A stretch of 64,000 nucleotides of DNA, from NCBI GenBank assembly GCA_965204745.1, contig OZ242010.1, forward strand, positions 3,648,001-3,712,000, given 5' to 3'. Origin of the DNA: Candidatus Latescibacterota bacterium. GTDB lineage: Bacteria; Latescibacterota; UBA2968. The notes under the pieces are model-generated. The model saw nothing but the letters and a program-made list of their open reading frames with translations. It did no database searches and had not been told where the DNA came from. This document shows, piece after piece, positions 50,216 through 59,876 of the stretch; the stretch's first letter is position 1, and every line of letters starts with the position of its first letter. The position numbers and the translations under genes are program-made.

Positions 50216-50860
50216 ATGTTTCGCATCTTGCTTTTAATTTTCAAGGAGATTTTTGGTAAGCCAGCCCCTCGCGCCCACAAGGCAAGGCAACCTGAAAAGG
50301 AACACAAAGATCGGGGTGAATCGTATGATGAGTTGCTAAAAAAAGCAACAGCACTGAAGCGGCAGGGGGATATTGATGGGGCTTTGGCCCAGATCGACAA
50401 GGCGATCTCCGTGGCCTCTGTGGGCGACCGTGGGCGACCACAGGCCCAAAAAAAGCGCATCTACTACCTCCTTTTGTCAAAAAGACAAGAGGAGGCACTG
50501 AAAACTGCAGGACAGATTATCGCGGAAGCCCCCAACGAAGCCCAAAGCAGAGCTCTTGTTGGGACATGTTATTTTTTTGGTTATGAGCAACGGGCGCGCG
50601 TACTGTTTTCAATGAAAAAGTTTGTCGAGTCGTTTTTGGATCATGTCCGTGCTGTCTGGCACTGGCAGGATGCAATGTCGATTCAGGGCAGAACATCGGA
50701 CGAGCATACACCAGAAAAAGCGGCTGAAACCTTGCGTCAGGAGGCTATGAGATGCAAAATTTCCATTCATGATCCTGATGTTTTCATGGGGGCGGCAATG
50801 GATGGCCTTGACGATCCAGATCCCGAATTGATGGTAGACAGATTCCGTCCACTCTTGTAA
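50216..50860 (+). CDS. Hypothetical TPR-like helical protein
   Basis: GGAGG RBS; LKKATALKRQGDIDGALAQIDKA TPR-like helix pair. Confidence 0.7.
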   Translation: MFRILLLIFKEIFGKPAPRAHKARQPEKEHKDRGESYDELLKKATALKRQGDIDGALAQIDKAISVASVGDRGRPQAQKKRIYYLLLSKRQEEALKTAGQIIAEAPNEAQSRALVGTCYFFGYEQRARVLFSMKKFVESFLDHVRAVWHWQDAMSIQGRTSDEHTPEKAAETLRQEAMRCKISIHDPDVFMGAAMDGLDDPDPELMVDRFRPLL

Positions 50861-50885
50861 AACCAATCCCTGGTCTCTAGGAGGT

Positions 50886-50970
50886 GATCGAATCCGCGAT
50901 AGCGCAGGAATCGACGCACGAAACAGTCCGTCTGACTATCCTCGCAGAGAAGGACGATACTCACGCTCAT
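50886..50970 (-). pseudogene. 5' remnant of a TOPRIM/DUF4276-like partner of the AAA ATPase
   Basis: ATGA-coupled MSVSIVLLCEDSQTDCFVRRFLRYRGF, then runs into the convergent gene region. Confidence 0.6.
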
Positions 50971-52070
50971 TCGTCCCACCCCCTGGCAATAGATTCGGAG
51001 AGCGACAGCCCGTCAACGGCGCGTTTTGGTTCGTCGCTGACACGCACGGGGCCGTCGTCTTGCCGGGAGAACCACTTGCCGTTGGCACCTGCCATATAAT
51101 CGATTAAAACCGGGTGATGAGAGACGATGGCGATCTGTTCCAACGATTCTCCACAGCACGCAACCGCCGCCGCAACCCAAGGCTGAATTTCCGTTAGGGC
51201 AAGATAGTTCTCAGGCTCGTCAATAAACAGGGAAACCCGACGGTCTTTTGGGATAAAAATCAGACTGTACAATGCGATCAGGGTTTTCTGACCGTCGGAA
51301 AGTTGGTCGAATCCATATCTGACCAGATCGCTGGATGGGCTGCGAAATACCGCCTTGAGGGCGCGCGTGTTCTCTCCGGATTTCATCAGGTTGATCGAAT
51401 CGAATCCGGGAAGGGCTTTGCCGAGTTCGCGGAACAGCGTGACGATTGAACCCATGTTTTCCTGAGAGGCGTGCCCGTACCATCCGACAAAATTCTGCAT
51501 CAAAGGCGCCAAAAACTCATCTTCTGTTTTGGTTTCCAACGCGAAGAGCGGGGGGCAGGGGCTAACGATGATGCAGTTGGCAATTTCCCTTTTGAATCGG
51601 GTCAATTTTCGGTTGTCGTGCCGCTCGTTCAAGACGCCGATTCCGGACTGCGCCCAGTCAAATGGATACAAAGGGCCCTGCGTATAATCATCGTGATACA
51701 ACTGGGCTTGGCCCTTGTGGAAAACAAACAGCGGTTTTCCGTCATGATCGAGTCTCTCGTTGCCAATTCGCATTTGGTTGCGTGCGAGGTCGTGTTCAAC
51801 TGTCAGCGCGTAACAATAGGCGTGCCCATCGATCTGCATTTCGATTTCGAATCGCTGTTCGTCGCTGTTTTCTCTCAAGGAGAGATCGCGTGCGGGAAAC
51901 ACCTCGTCAACTTTCAATCCGCGCACGACCAGATCCTGAATTTTCCTCAGCACACTCAAGACCGATGTCTTACCCGTGCCATTGGCACCGAGGAAGATGT
52001 TTATCTCGCCGAGTTTGAGTTCGAAATTGGTCAAACATCGAAAATTATCGGCATAGAATCTCTGAATCAT
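50967..52070 (-). CDS. AAA_21/AbiEii-like ABC-type ATPase
   Basis: NFRCL, GANGTGKT, QLSDGQK, IDEPEN and SHHP motifs. Confidence 0.9.
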   Translation of the reverse strand: MIQRFYADNFRCLTNFELKLGEINIFLGANGTGKTSVLSVLRKIQDLVVRGLKVDEVFPARDLSLRENSDEQRFEIEMQIDGHAYCYALTVEHDLARNQMRIGNERLDHDGKPLFVFHKGQAQLYHDDYTQGPLYPFDWAQSGIGVLNERHDNRKLTRFKREIANCIIVSPCPPLFALETKTEDEFLAPLMQNFVGWYGHASQENMGSIVTLFRELGKALPGFDSINLMKSGENTRALKAVFRSPSSDLVRYGFDQLSDGQKTLIALYSLIFIPKDRRVSLFIDEPENYLALTEIQPWVAAAVACCGESLEQIAIVSHHPVLIDYMAGANGKWFSRQDDGPVRVSDEPKRAVDGLSLSESIARGWDE

Positions 52071-52121
52071 TGGACATCCTCACACTCGTCAGATCGCCGG
52101 TCGTCTTCCTCTTGCGGACGC

Positions 52122-53180
52122 TTACCCCACCTCAATTTCTCGGCCCGTGCGGCCGGATTCAAATACGGCATTGATGATTTCCACGGCGTGGCGCGCGCTT
52201 TCGAGGCCGATCATGGGATCGCGGTCTTCGTTGATGGCCGCGACCAAGTCCTCGATGATCAGGGTGTGCCCGTCTGAACTGACTGCCATCGGGTCTGCGG
52301 AGATGTTCTTCTGTTTGTCTTCCCGGCTGCCGTACAGGCCGAGCATCTCCGCTTCTTCTGCGGCCTCGTTCTCGCCCTGAATTTTCCACGCGATCAACTT
52401 GGACGCATCTTTCATAATGGACCCATTCGCGCCGTAAATGGTCACCAGTTGGGGCAGGCCGGGATAGCAACAGGTCGTCGTATAAACCGTGCCAATCGCG
52501 CCATTCTTGAATTTGAACAGGGCCACAGTCTGATCCTCGGCTTCGATGTCGTGCCCAAAAACGCCGAACATGCCCATCACAGACGCGACACCGCCGGCGA
52601 GCCATTGGATCAGATCGACGGTATGCACCCCCTGATTCATCAACGAGCCGCCGCCATCGAGATCCCACGTTCCCTTCCACAAGCCGTGCGCGCCCTGATA
52701 ATAACTCTGTGCGCGATACCACGGCAAATGCCCATGAACGCCGATCAACTTGCCCAACTTGCCGCTGTCAATCGCCGCTTTGATGCGCTTGTTCAAGGGA
52801 TCCAGCCGCGCTTGAAAAATACACCCGACCTTGACGCCCGCATCTTTCACCGCGCCGATGAGTTGATCCACGCGCTCGGGCGTGATATCCGCGGGCTTCT
52901 CCACGACCATGTGCTTGCCCGCATCTGCGGCCTGAATCCCCAGCGCGGCGTGCTTGCCGGACTCCACGCAAATGTTGACGACTTGCACGTCATCGTCCCG
53001 AAGCATCTCTTCGTAACTCGTGTACGCCTTGCACCCATGTTGCTCGGCCACCGGCCCCAAACGATCTTCATCCACATCGCACACCGCCACCAACTTCGCG
53101 CCCGCGGCCTCTGTGACAGACCGACAATGGTGCTTGCCCATCCCCAGTCCAACAATGCCAAATCCCAGTTCTTTTGCCAT
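52122..53180 (-). CDS. Gfo/Idh/MocA oxidoreductase
   Basis: GIVGLGMG, EKP and GGGSLMNQGVHTVD motifs. Confidence 0.92.
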   Translation of the reverse strand: MAKELGFGIVGLGMGKHHCRSVTEAAGAKLVAVCDVDEDRLGPVAEQHGCKAYTSYEEMLRDDDVQVVNICVESGKHAALGIQAADAGKHMVVEKPADITPERVDQLIGAVKDAGVKVGCIFQARLDPLNKRIKAAIDSGKLGKLIGVHGHLPWYRAQSYYQGAHGLWKGTWDLDGGGSLMNQGVHTVDLIQWLAGGVASVMGMFGVFGHDIEAEDQTVALFKFKNGAIGTVYTTTCCYPGLPQLVTIYGANGSIMKDASKLIAWKIQGENEAAEEAEMLGLYGSREDKQKNISADPMAVSSDGHTLIIEDLVAAINEDRDPMIGLESARHAVEIINAVFESGRTGREIEVG

Positions 53181-53326
53181 GACATCCTCCCAAAAAAATT
53201 GCAGACGATTTCTCAAACGCGGCTCAATCTAATGCGTGGCGTTTTTGCGAACAAGCAAAAAACCATCCCGTCTGCGGAATACCTTGACATTTGGGAAAAA
53301 GGGGCTATACATGAAGAGGCCGCCCT

Positions 53327-53582
53327 GCCCCGCCCAACTCCTCCAACCCCAAGTAGTCAGTAGTCAGTTGTCAGTCCCCGCACCGCCCTTCCGCAAGTGA
53401 GACGTGAGACGCAAGAGGGCCACCCGGCACCCCAAGTGGTCAGTGGTTAGCCCCCGCCCAACTCCTCCAACCCCAAGTAGTCAGTAGTCAGTAGTCAGTC
53501 CCCGCACCGCCCTTCCGCAAGTGAGACGTGAGACGCAAGACGGGAGAGGGCCACCCAGCACCCCAAGCACTCAGTGGTCAGC
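53327..53582 (+). repeat. Two tandem ~125-bp composite units
   Basis: CAAG(TAGTCAG)n-TCCCCGCACCGCCCTTCCGCAAGTGAGACGTGAGACGCAAG...GCACCCCAAG. Confidence 0.9.
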
Positions 53583-53641
53583 AAAACAAGCGGTGGATAG
53601 TGAGGGTCGAAAGCTGATGGTTGTCTTTCAAAGGAATCCCC

Positions 53642-54331
53642 ATGTGTGGTCGATATGTTTATGCTGCCCAGCGCGATGAGAACCAGCGCGCATTTCCGCA
53701 ATTTGACTTTCCCTGCGCGATGCCCAAGCGATACAATATCGCGCCGGGGCAGAATATTACCGCGATAGCCAACACGGATACGCCGCGTGCAGACACCTTC
53801 AAATGGGGGCTGATTCCGTCTTGGGCAAAAGACAGCAAAATCGGCAATCGCCTCATCAATGCTCGGGGAGAAACCCTTGCGGAAAAGCCCTCGTTTCGGA
53901 TGGCGTACAAAAAACAGCGGTGCCTCATTCCCGCAACCGGATTTTACGAATGGCAACGCAACCCCGATGGCAGAACCAAAACGCCCATGCACATCGCGCT
54001 CAAATCCGGCGCGCCCTTTGCCTTTGCCGGCCTTTGGGACGTGTGGCACGCACCCACCGGAGAACGCATCCAATCCTGCACCATTATCACGACCGAACCC
54101 AACGACCTGATGGCACCCATTCACAACCGCATGCCCGTCATCCTTCCGGCAGAGGCGTATGACGCTTGGCTCGACCCAGAAGAACGCATCGACTTGCGAG
54201 AACTCCTCGTTCCATACGCGGCGCGAGAGATGATCGCCCATCCGGTTTCGACCCTTGTCAACAGCCCGAGAAACGATACCCCGGACTGCCTGAAACCCGC
54301 ATCGCCGCCCGAACAAGGGGCATTGTTTTGA
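53642..54331 (+). CDS. SOS response-associated peptidase (SRAP/YedK)
   Basis: N-terminal MCGRY, RYNIAP, WGLIP, INARGET and IHNRMP motifs. Confidence 0.95.
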   Translation: MCGRYVYAAQRDENQRAFPQFDFPCAMPKRYNIAPGQNITAIANTDTPRADTFKWGLIPSWAKDSKIGNRLINARGETLAEKPSFRMAYKKQRCLIPATGFYEWQRNPDGRTKTPMHIALKSGAPFAFAGLWDVWHAPTGERIQSCTIITTEPNDLMAPIHNRMPVILPAEAYDAWLDPEERIDLRELLVPYAAREMIAHPVSTLVNSPRNDTPDCLKPASPPEQGALF

Positions 54332-54380
54332 AAGACACGACAAGGAGTGCGAATGGGCAAACCCTGCCCAACCGCTGCGC

Positions 54381-54511
54381 CCAAGTAGTCAGTAGTCAGT
54401 GGTCAGTGGTCAGTGGTCAGTCCCCGCACCGCCCTTCCGCAAGTGAGACGTGAGACGCAAGACAGGAGAGGCCCGCCCAGCACCCCAAGCGGTCAGCGGT
54501 CAGTGGTCAGC
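54381..54511 (+). repeat. Third copy of the ~125-bp composite unit
   Basis: Same orientation as 53327-53582. Confidence 0.9.
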
Positions 54512-54624
54512 CCACCCCGCCGCCCTGTCTCATTAGTCGTAGGGAGTTGCCTCTCAAGGCCGTTCAACGGTCAGTTGTCACCCCGTTCTCTTTCATCTTT
54601 CAACCGATCTCTTTGGAGTCCATC

Positions 54625-55383
54625 ATGACCATTGTCGATACCCATTGCCACATTGGCCTGCACAAATACGAACCCGTGGAATCCCTGCTCTACCACATGA
54701 ACACATCCAAAGTCGATAAAGCCGTTTTCATCCAATACGCGGGAAACGCGGACAATCAGTACATGATCGACTGCATGGCGGCGCATCCGGGGAAATTTCA
54801 AGCGGCGATGATCGTCGCCCCAACAGACGATGGCACGGCCATGCGCGGATGGGCAGAGCAAGGCATCGTGGGCATTCGCCTGCCGGCAAACAGCCGCGCA
54901 GATAGCTCCGATCCGCTCGCACAGTGGCGCGTAGCAGCAGAACTCGACCTCGTCGTCAGCGCGCCGAGCAATCCCCAAAGCCTCTTGAGCGATGAGTTTG
55001 CAGAGGTGATCAAAAAATTTTCGAATCTGTCTATCGCAATCGAACACCTCGCGGGCATTGGCGAAGGCCAACAGCCGCCCTATCACACGTTCAAAGAAAT
55101 CCTCGCGCTCGCCGAACACCCGAATCTGTCCATCAAACTCCCCGGATTCGGCGAGTTCTGTCCCGTGCCCATGCCCTTTGACCCCATCCCCCCACTCGCC
55201 GATATGGCTATCGAAGCCTTTGGCCCGCAGCGCGTCATGTGGGGCAGCGATTACCCGCCCGTGAGCAGGCGCGAAGGCTATGACAATTCCCTGCGCGTGC
55301 CAATGGATTACCTCAGCGGATTCAGCGCAGCCGCCCGAGAATGGATATTCGGAAAAACCGCCCTGAAAATCTGGCGGTTCTGA
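54625..55383 (+). CDS. Amidohydrolase_2 family protein
   Basis: VDTHCH, IEHL and MWGSDYP motifs. Confidence 0.9.
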   Translation: MTIVDTHCHIGLHKYEPVESLLYHMNTSKVDKAVFIQYAGNADNQYMIDCMAAHPGKFQAAMIVAPTDDGTAMRGWAEQGIVGIRLPANSRADSSDPLAQWRVAAELDLVVSAPSNPQSLLSDEFAEVIKKFSNLSIAIEHLAGIGEGQQPPYHTFKEILALAEHPNLSIKLPGFGEFCPVPMPFDPIPPLADMAIEAFGPQRVMWGSDYPPVSRREGYDNSLRVPMDYLSGFSAAAREWIFGKTALKIWRF

Positions 55384-55501
55384 TCTCGTTGTGACTCATG
55401 TCCAATCACGCGAAATTCGACCTTGATTTGAACATCTGTTTTGCGTGATCTCATCGAGACAACCGGAAGATTTAACCCAACTTCCCCAAGGAGACATTGC
55501 G

Positions 55502-55813
55502 ATGGAAACCTACATCATCTCTTACGATATGGCTTGGGGAGGTGATTACAATGCCCTCCATGAGGCCATTCAAAGCTACGGGGCTTGGGCGCGTATTACC
55601 GATTCAACATGGGCTGTGTTGACCGAATATAGTGCTCAAATGATTCGCGATCACTTGAGCGAATATCTCCCCGATGGGAGCCGTCTTTTCGTTGTCAGGT
55701 CCGGCGATGAAGCGGCGTGGCAATACGTCAATAGCTCTGAGTGGCTGGAAGGTATCCTGTTGCAAGATGTAACTCGCCTGAACAAATTGCACTTACTTTC
55801 GCAACTCGATTAG
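55502..55813 (+). CDS. Small Cas2/VapD-like ferredoxin-fold protein
   Basis: AAGGAG RBS; YIISYD..DY..L.EAI..STW..LFV pattern. Confidence 0.7.
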   Translation: METYIISYDMAWGGDYNALHEAIQSYGAWARITDSTWAVLTEYSAQMIRDHLSEYLPDGSRLFVVRSGDEAAWQYVNSSEWLEGILLQDVTRLNKLHLLSQLD

Positions 55814-55890
55814 CCAGCCAACAAGTCCAGTCTCGATCATCTCGGTTGCGGTTATCAGCCTCTTGATCGGGCAGATAAGATGTGAAAAAC

Positions 55891-55927
55891 AAAAAGCGTC
55901 GGCTTAAATAGCTGACGCTTTTTTTTT
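55891..55927. terminator. Bidirectional intrinsic terminator
   Basis: AAAAAGCGTCGGCT-TAAAT-AGCTGACGCTTTTTTT between convergent genes. Confidence 0.8.
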
Positions 55928-55950
55928 AAATGGATTGTCTATTGCGGGTG

Positions 55951-56394
55951 TTACTCCTCGTATTCGGGAAATGCGGGGGCGAGCATGAAGGCGCAATCCT
56001 CGTGGCATTTGCCGCAGTAGGGCACCATTGCGCGGAACTGCTTGTTCGCCTCTTTGACATTGCCCGCCTTGGCTGCCGAGGCGATTCCCAACGCCAGGGT
56101 TTGAGAGGCTTGGTTGTAAATCGTGTATTTCTCCTCGTGTTCCGGCGGATAGAGCTCGATCACCGCTTTCAGGGCTTTCTGAATCCGCTCGGCCTCATCG
56201 GCGACCCCATCCACTGTCTCGTTTTTCAGCGCGACCATAATTCGGTCTGTGCTCAACTTGATCGCGCGCATTTCCGCACGCCTCTTGGGCAACTGATTGT
56301 CGGCTTGTTCCTGCCCGCCGCCACACCCGACGATAGCCGCCATCATCACACCCAGCGCGACCAACCCCAGAGCCATCCATCTCACATAGCGCAT
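55951..56394 (-). CDS. Class II (c'-like) cytochrome c lipoprotein
   Basis: GAGGAG RBS; lipobox IVGC; helical body with C-terminal CGKCH. Confidence 0.75.
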   Translation of the reverse strand: MRYVRWMALGLVALGVMMAAIVGCGGGQEQADNQLPKRRAEMRAIKLSTDRIMVALKNETVDGVADEAERIQKALKAVIELYPPEHEEKYTIYNQASQTLALGIASAAKAGNVKEANKQFRAMVPYCGKCHEDCAFMLAPAFPEYEE

Positions 56395-56464
56395 TGCATC
56401 CTCCTCGTTACCTATTTCACATGAACCAAACCAAAGGTGATGATACACCTTCCCGAACGCAAAA

Positions 56465-57550
56465 TCAAGTCTTTCCAGAGGGCTTGTCTGGCCCTCCCAG
56501 CACTTTTCGCAACCCTTCCTGAACCCGCCGATTTTGATTGATCTGGCGCACTCCGGCCTGAATCATAAACCGCGAAAGCCGATCTTTTTTCGCCCGCATC
56601 CAGCGGTTGAGCGGCGGGTACGCGTACATCAAAAAACCCGACAAACAGATCGCCAGCGTCACGCATGCAACGATATCCGTGTAGATATAGGCGTGGCTAT
56701 AACCCGCAAAAATGGACCCCGTATGCAAATCGAGCATCACCGAGCGAAAATCGTCAGACCGCACCATCACCAGCGAGGTAATCGACATCAGGACCAACAA
56801 AATCATGCCGATCAGCCCGGCCCAATAGTGTAGCTTGCGGTTGTACTTAAACACGGTGTTGATAACCGTGCGATCCTCCACCAGATACTCAAAGCCGGAC
56901 AGGCGTTCCATCTGCGCTTCGAGCAACTCGTTGCGATGGGCCATCTCCTCGCGGCGCAACATCATATCGACCAACCCGCCGATCTGATCCGCCACTTCTT
57001 GCAGAAACTCCTCATCGTCTTTTGTAAAATACCCCGGATCGGCTTTCTTGTTCAGGAGTTCGATCACGCCGATAGGCTCTTTGCGCCTGTTGCGAAGCGG
57101 ATAGGCCAAAATGGTCTGCGCTTCATCCCCATGTGCATTGGAAAACAACGGGTCTTTTGCCGCATCCCTCACATTTCTCACGTCGCCGCTGCTGAACACC
57201 TGCCCGATAATGCCCCGATTGCTCGGCATGCGGACCTGCGTGCCCTCAGAACGCGCGGTGCCCACATGCGTGTAAAGCTCATCTGTCAGGCGATTGTGAA
57301 AATAAATCGCACATCGATCTGCCCCCAAGTACGTGGATATTTCACGCGCAATGCCCTGGATCAACTGCCCCTGATTTGACGTGGCATTCATCAACCGGCT
57401 GATTGCCAACAGGGATTCCAAACGCTCGACGCGCGCGGCGAGATCTCGAGAAGACGCATCGTCTCGTGCCATATCTTCAACCTTGAATGCGAACATGTCC
57501 CCGCGGGTGTGCGGGAAGCTAAATACGGGTGAACCGATTTCGGCGATCAT
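56465..57550 (-). CDS. GAF domain fused to PepSY-associated TM-like helices (start may be 57496 or 57472)
   Basis: ADRCAIY..GIIGQV..IGVIELLNK..FTKDDEE GAF; RKLHYWAG..LDLHTG..LSGF TM module. Confidence 0.8.
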   Translation of the reverse strand: MIAEIGSPVFSFPHTRGDMFAFKVEDMARDDASSRDLAARVERLESLLAISRLMNATSNQGQLIQGIAREISTYLGADRCAIYFHNRLTDELYTHVGTARSEGTQVRMPSNRGIIGQVFSSGDVRNVRDAAKDPLFSNAHGDEAQTILAYPLRNRRKEPIGVIELLNKKADPGYFTKDDEEFLQEVADQIGGLVDMMLRREEMAHRNELLEAQMERLSGFEYLVEDRTVINTVFKYNRKLHYWAGLIGMILLVLMSITSLVMVRSDDFRSVMLDLHTGSIFAGYSHAYIYTDIVACVTLAICLSGFLMYAYPPLNRWMRAKKDRLSRFMIQAGVRQINQNRRVQEGLRKVLGGPDKPSGKT

Positions 57551-57656
57551 TCAACGCTTCAATATACAAAAGTTTTGGCGAAATACAAAACGTGGCGTAA
57601 GTGCAACCATGGACAGGCGTTGGGCGGTCGTCTCAGTCACCGGACTCCGACATTGG

Positions 57657-58340
57657 CTACGCCCGTGTCGGCGTGACGTTTGCCCTTCGTGGATCACGTC
57701 TCACCAATTCCGCCGTGCCCCACAGACTCGGATCGTAAGCCACGGGCAAAATTTCCTCTGCGGTCCAAACTTGTCGCCCCAACTTTCTGTCGCGGAGCAA
57801 ATAGGTAAATCCGAGCCGGTTGTTCTCGGCGGGATCGAATCCGGTCAGGGCATCCGCGGGGATGCGCGCTTCTAGCCGGTACCCGGTTTGGAACACCTTT
57901 GACGCCACCTCTAACCGCTCGGGATCGCACAATCGGGGATGTGCCCGTGCCTGTCGCAACCGAAACGGCCTGCCCCCGGCCTTCTCCGTGCCATTGCCCG
58001 GCCAAAAGCAAAAATGGTGACAATAGCGGCTGCCTCGGGGGGCGGTACGCACGTCGCGCGTGTCGACCCACACCTGAAAACCATCCCCGCGCAAGGGCCG
58101 CCGAACATCGGGCGCACGCCCACCCGCGCCTTTTACATCAACGGCGAAAAACAACCCATTGTCGCGCCACGCCATGTACACATCGGCAAAGGCAGATTTC
58201 TCCTCTACGCCCATCAAATCGGGCACCAGATGCGTCTCATCCCAGTCGTCGATCTCGCCATCGATCACCGGGGCATCTGCGCGAAACGCACATGGAAATG
58301 CCACATGAAAAAATGCGCGCTTGGGAATCCCGATATTCAT
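57657..58340 (-). CDS. CBM9/DOMON-like domain protein
   Basis: PVIDGEIDDW, YMAW..LFFAV, GDGFQVWVD and YRLEARIP motifs. Confidence 0.75.
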   Translation of the reverse strand: MNIGIPKRAFFHVAFPCAFRADAPVIDGEIDDWDETHLVPDLMGVEEKSAFADVYMAWRDNGLFFAVDVKGAGGRAPDVRRPLRGDGFQVWVDTRDVRTAPRGSRYCHHFCFWPGNGTEKAGGRPFRLRQARAHPRLCDPERLEVASKVFQTGYRLEARIPADALTGFDPAENNRLGFTYLLRDRKLGRQVWTAEEILPVAYDPSLWGTAELVRRDPRRANVTPTRA

Positions 58341-58451
58341 ACGTCACGTCTCCGGGCAAATCGGCGAATCCATTCGGGCAGGCTACGGGTACAGGGGTCA
58401 GTTGCCAACCATTCATCTTCGGGCTTATCAACGAAGATATTACGTTGCTTT

Positions 58452-58967
58452 TTACGCACCTTCGGCGGCTTCATCGGCGAGGTCGCGCTGGGCGAGGTCG
58501 CGGTCGAGCAGGAACAGGCCATTGCCTTCTGTGCCGACCAGTTTGAGCGTGTCGATGAGTTCCTTGACTGCGGCTTCTTCTTCGACTTGCTCTGTGATAA
58601 ACCACTGGAGAAAGGTGTGGGTGGCGTGATCGCGTTCAGACAGGGCGAGGTCCGCGATGTTGTAGATGCTTTGAGACACTTTTTGCTCGTGGGCGAGACT
58701 GTCTTCAAACACGTCCAAAGGGTTGTCCCAGTTCTGCTTGGGCGCGTCCAAGGCTTGAAAGCGGATCTCGGCCTCGCGGTCGTCGAGAAAATCGTAAATT
58801 TTCATGCCATGCCCGAGTTCCTCTTGGGCCTGAACGCGCATCCAATGGGCGAACCCATTGAGGTTCTGCGTGAGAAAATACGCCGACATCGCCAGATAGC
58901 TATACGCGGAATAGTATTCCAAGTTGAGCTGATCGTTGAGGGCCGCAGCGATTTTGGAATTGATCAT
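58452..58967 (-). CDS. ftnA: Non-heme ferritin
   Basis: LNDQLNLEYYSAYSYLAM, QAQEELGH and FLQWFITEQVEEE motifs. Confidence 0.93.
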   Translation of the reverse strand: MINSKIAAALNDQLNLEYYSAYSYLAMSAYFLTQNLNGFAHWMRVQAQEELGHGMKIYDFLDDREAEIRFQALDAPKQNWDNPLDVFEDSLAHEQKVSQSIYNIADLALSERDHATHTFLQWFITEQVEEEAAVKELIDTLKLVGTEGNGLFLLDRDLAQRDLADEAAEGA

Positions 58968-59219
58968 GGTGTTCTCCTCTCGTGAGGGGGGTCAAAAAAA
59001 CAGCATCCGAATATGAGATAAGTATAGCGAAAATACGGGCTTTGTCAATCTCTTAAAATATGCGTTGTTTAGAAGGCGGAACACGCGAATCGCCAGGCGC
59101 GTTTTTTCATTGATTCTTTTGTCAAAATTGCGTAAGACTTACTTAACAGTACCAAACGCGGAAGTTTAATCACCCCAGCGTGGCCTTTCGCGCCACCCAA
59201 CAGGAGGTCTATTTTTGTC

Positions 59220-59699
59220 ATGATTCCCGAAAAGGTCCTCGCGGCCTTGAACGAACAACTCAATTTTGAGTTTCATTCGGCATTTCACTACCTCGCCATG
59301 GAGACCTATTTTCACGAGGTCAATCTGCACGGATTTGCCAAATACATGCGCGAGCAATACAAAGAAGAACGGCAACACGCGCTCAAGATCGTGGATTACA
59401 TCAATGCGCGAAACTGCCGGGTCAGGCTCAAGCAAATCGCCGAACCGCCTTCAGAGTGGGCGTCGCCACTGGAGGTTTTTCAAGACGCCTATCGCCAAGA
59501 GCAAAAATCCAGTGGGATGATCAACGACTTGGTCGATCTCGCCCTGGACGAGCGCGACCATGCAACGGATATTTTTTTGAAGTGGTTTATCGAAAAACAA
59601 GTGGAGGAAGAAGCGCGGATCGGCAGCATCGTCCACAAGTTGAAACTGGTCGGCGATGACACGTACGGCTTGTTTTTGCTGGATCGAGATATGGGGTAA
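59220..59699 (+). CDS. Non-heme ferritin paralog
   Basis: LNEQLNFE, EERQHA and FLKWFIEKQVEEE motifs; AGGAGG RBS. Confidence 0.92.
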   Translation: MIPEKVLAALNEQLNFEFHSAFHYLAMETYFHEVNLHGFAKYMREQYKEERQHALKIVDYINARNCRVRLKQIAEPPSEWASPLEVFQDAYRQEQKSSGMINDLVDLALDERDHATDIFLKWFIEKQVEEEARIGSIVHKLKLVGDDTYGLFLLDRDMG

Positions 59700-59809
59700 G
59701 AGGAGTGAGATGTCGTTTTAATTTTTTCGGGACCGATCCCCTAACCCCTTTCTATGTGGGAAGACCGTCTCCCCTCTCCGTTTCGGGGAGGGGTCATACC
59801 GCCCCATGA

Positions 59810-59844
59810 CAAAGTGCCCTCCGAGTATTGGAGGGCACTTTTTT
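59810..59844. terminator. Intrinsic terminator
   Basis: AAAGTGCCCTCC-GAGTATT-GGAGGGCACTTTTTT. Confidence 0.8.
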
Positions 59845-59876
59845 AATTTCAGCGGATGGTAATTGATGGCGTAGCG

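Noticed and set aside
53327-54511. Integron attC cassette array
   Set aside because: Repeats lack RYYYAAC/GTTRRRY boxes and no integrase is present
55502-55813. Functional CRISPR cas2
   Set aside because: No cas1, other cas genes or array in the window
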